DNA of 64,000 nucleotides from Raillietiella orientalis (Eukaryota). The translations under genes and the position numbers were made by a program. This document shows, in pieces, positions 61,301 to 64,000 of the stretch. The stretch spans positions 7,316,001-7,380,000 of the forward strand of contig JAYWIR010000001.1 of the NCBI GenBank assembly GCA_036172245.1, read 5' to 3'. The notes under the pieces are model-generated. The model had not been told where the DNA came from. It saw only the letters and a program-made list of their open reading frames with translations, and ran no database searches. Every line of letters starts with the position of its first letter. Position 1 is the first letter of the stretch.

Positions 61301-64000
61301 CAGAAGGGAGTGGAGAAGGCGCTGCATCTCGACCGCCCTCAACCCGAGGGTGGCTCGCGAGCAACCTCCAGGAGGGGTCTGCAGGAGCAGAGAGGAGGGG
61401 GTCATCCTGCCCGGGAGAGAGAAGAAAGGTGTAGAAAGACCTGCCTTGTCCCCTCCCCTCCCCTTCGCGCTCGCTGGACTCGCCCGCCCGCATCGTCCGG
61501 CTGAGCAGAAGGCTCGGCCGGACGACGCTCCGTCAGCGCCCCCTCCTCCTCTGCCGCCTTTTTCTCCAGCGTCGCTAGGGCGACCTCCGTCGCTGCCTCT
61601 TCCGGACTCGGGGGTCCCCGCCGTCATCTCTGCCTCCTCCTCCTCTCTTTCCGGTGGAGTAACGCGGTACAGGGGTAAGGGGCGGGAGGGGGCGGGAGAA
61701 ACAGAGCTCGGCTCTCGCGCCTCTCCTTGTTGTGAATCATCGGAAATCACCTCTGAGGATCATCTCTGCTTGCATCTGCGACGTTTCTATCAAGGGTCGG
61801 AGCTGCGGACCCCAAGTACCATTATGAGCCGGTCCATCAGATAACGCGGACCCCGTCCCCGCCATTACTCGCCTTGCAGATTTTCTCTCGTGGAGCGGCA
61901 AGGGCCGGGGCGGCGGTGGCTGTGACGTGCCTTCGGGAGAGCGGGCGGCTAGCCGCGATAAAATCGACGGACGGGAGAGGCGCCGACACTCCCGAGACGA
62001 AATGGGGGGCGTCTTCGTCTTCCGAAAGGACGTTTCCGGCGCAAGCGACGGGGTGCACTCAGCCTGGTCGTCTCCCTTGAGTCTTTCTTCCCTCCTCCCT
62101 CCCGCGCCTTGGCGGCCCTGAGCGCATGGGCGTGCGGGGTACATGGGACTGGAAAAGTCCCACCCTCTCTTCCCAGATGCACCAGAGAAACTCCACCTGC
62201 TTCGCCTTTGGAGAGGCTTACTTTAGCCCCCCATTCTGGATTCCGGCTCTTGACCAGTCTGCCTAGCCCCCCTTATGACCACGAAGCGGCAGCTTCACAA
62301 GTCCCCACTTAGACGCTGAAGCAGCTTGGTATTTCGGCTCCCAGTCAGCTTAGTTCGGTTCCCATGCCAACTCCTGAGCCACCCATTTGGGTTGGTATTT
62401 TCGTGTTGGCAGCATCAGGAGGCTTCTCTAGGACCAAGAGAGGGCCAAAACGGAAACTCGGCAGCCTACTTCAGTGTGTCAGAATAGGGAATTGTGGGGT
62501 CGCTCCGTGATAGGATCCCCCCCCCCCCATGGAGCTTTTCCGGAGACGTCCGTCCTGCACGCCCTTGGTGCTCCCTGGGCGAGCTTGCGCGGCGTCCGCG
62601 TGGGACAGCGGCGTGAGGAAAGAGCTGGCCTCTGGCGACTTCGGCTCACACCTTGAATCCCTGACTGCCGCATCTCTTGGACGCCTTCTCGCGCGTGCGC
62701 AGGACGAGGGGCGCCTGAAAGACGTCCGCCTCTCGCCCTTTGAAGGGGAGGGACGTTGGGTGTACCTACGAGTTCCTTCGCAGGAGTTTCTCTCTTCGTC
62801 CCCGTTTCTCTGGGACTGCCCCTGGTCTGCGCTCTCTCCAGAATTTTTCCCGGGAGATTTTCTAAGAGAAGAAGGGGCGCGCTCTTCAAAGAGGGACCCA
62901 CCAACGTCTCTACGCGGCCTCGTCGACTCCAGGAAAGGAACCAGATCCTTTCGCAGACGGCACGTGTGGGACGCTGCAGTCAATCCGGAAAGTCTCGCCG
63001 GCCTTGCCGACCGATTCCATCTGCTCCCGGGAACGACGGCGGAAACCGTTCCCAAGAGGTCCTGCTGCCTTGCGGGAGGTCGGCCGCTTGGCTCTCTCTG
63101 ACGGAGCTCTGGGACCGGGTAATGGCGGGATGGGATCCGCTCCGGAAATATCTCCGGGGAGCGCTCTGGTGCTTCCCGGTACCGCCACTCCCGTTCTCGG
63201 AGAGGGGACTTTTGCTCCAACGCCCTCTCCATCCCGCTGCTCGGGATCCGCGGCCGCCTTCCCTCCTCGCGTCCACTTGGGCGAGGACTGGGGAGGCCCT
63301 CCGCTGATGGGTCAGATTCCCTCAGGAGGGGCGTTTCCACGGCCCCCAGGGGACTCCCGAAAATCGATCGCTTCCTTCGGATAGATGCCGAACAAATGGG
63401 GAGCGGATCGCTGGTCCAGATCTTTCCCCTTTCATTACTTCCCTGAAAAGCGGGGAGGGAGGGAAGCTCCCTAATTTCGATCCTTCGTTTCATCCGCGTT
63501 TCCCGGACCCCAAGCGCTCGGAAGTCAGGGCGGGAGCCACACCTCCTCCTGCTGGCGAGGTCAAGGGATGAGCTGCCCCACGGACGCATCCGGACAGGCG
63601 TGTCCGTCTCACAGCGGTAATCCGGGACACCCTCAGCTCTGGGAAGCGGCCAGTTCATGGGATGAGGGAGGGACGAAGAGCAGTCCCTCCCGTCCGCTCC
63701 TTCCGCTCTTCCTGAGCCCAGCGTGCTTGAGTCGCGCGGCGGAGCACCACGCTGTGCGCGTGCTCACGCGCGCAAGAAGCAGCCAGTGACGCCGAGCGGT
63801 GGTGCGGTCGCCACGGGAACCGGGCGGTTCGACTTCGAGCAGGTGGCTCCTGGAGGCATCCATCCTTGTTTTCTGTCGGGATGCTTCCCAACGACTTTTT
63901 TCGCGTCAAGGTTGCCACTGAATACCGGGGAAACGAGGAAATCGAGCTCTGGGACCGGGAGATGGACGAGAACGGTGGTGAGAACGCGGGTGGCGAGGCT

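Noticed and set aside
62471-63658. 395-aa ORF, and similar long R/P/G/S-rich ORFs at 6900-7811, 28697-30245 and 45923-47130
   Set aside because: Stop codons are scarce in GC-rich DNA, ORFs overlap in several frames, and there is no coherent protein or splice structure.

Overview
Eukaryotic (animal, probably arthropod) nuclear DNA. Two intact spliced housekeeping genes lie on the + strand: a TRIC/TMEM38 cation channel (1506-11763, six exons, 9.2-kb first intron) and mitochondrial ClpP (19170-22891, six exons); most introns are only 43-58 nt. Most of the remaining sequence, especially the GC-rich 23.4-64 kb block, is a graveyard of decayed L1/Tx1-like non-LTR retrotransposons (APE, RT and zf-RVT remnants read by eye across frameshifts), and the long ORFs in the track there look spurious. 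The most notable structure is an orphan, degenerate 28S rRNA fragment (minus strand, about 33627-35365). It stops exactly at the canonical R2 target site, where it is joined to what looks like the 5' end of an APE-type (not R2-type) element. It also carries a second LINE inserted antisense with a ~17-bp target-site duplication. Other signals: a CpG-depleted block inside ClpP, GC-biased decay of dead sequence, a shared AATAAA+hairpin LINE 3' end, a young 283-bp duplication, a TIR element and many poly-G tracts. All transposon-fossil calls and reference comparisons are from memory and manual reading and need computational confirmation.
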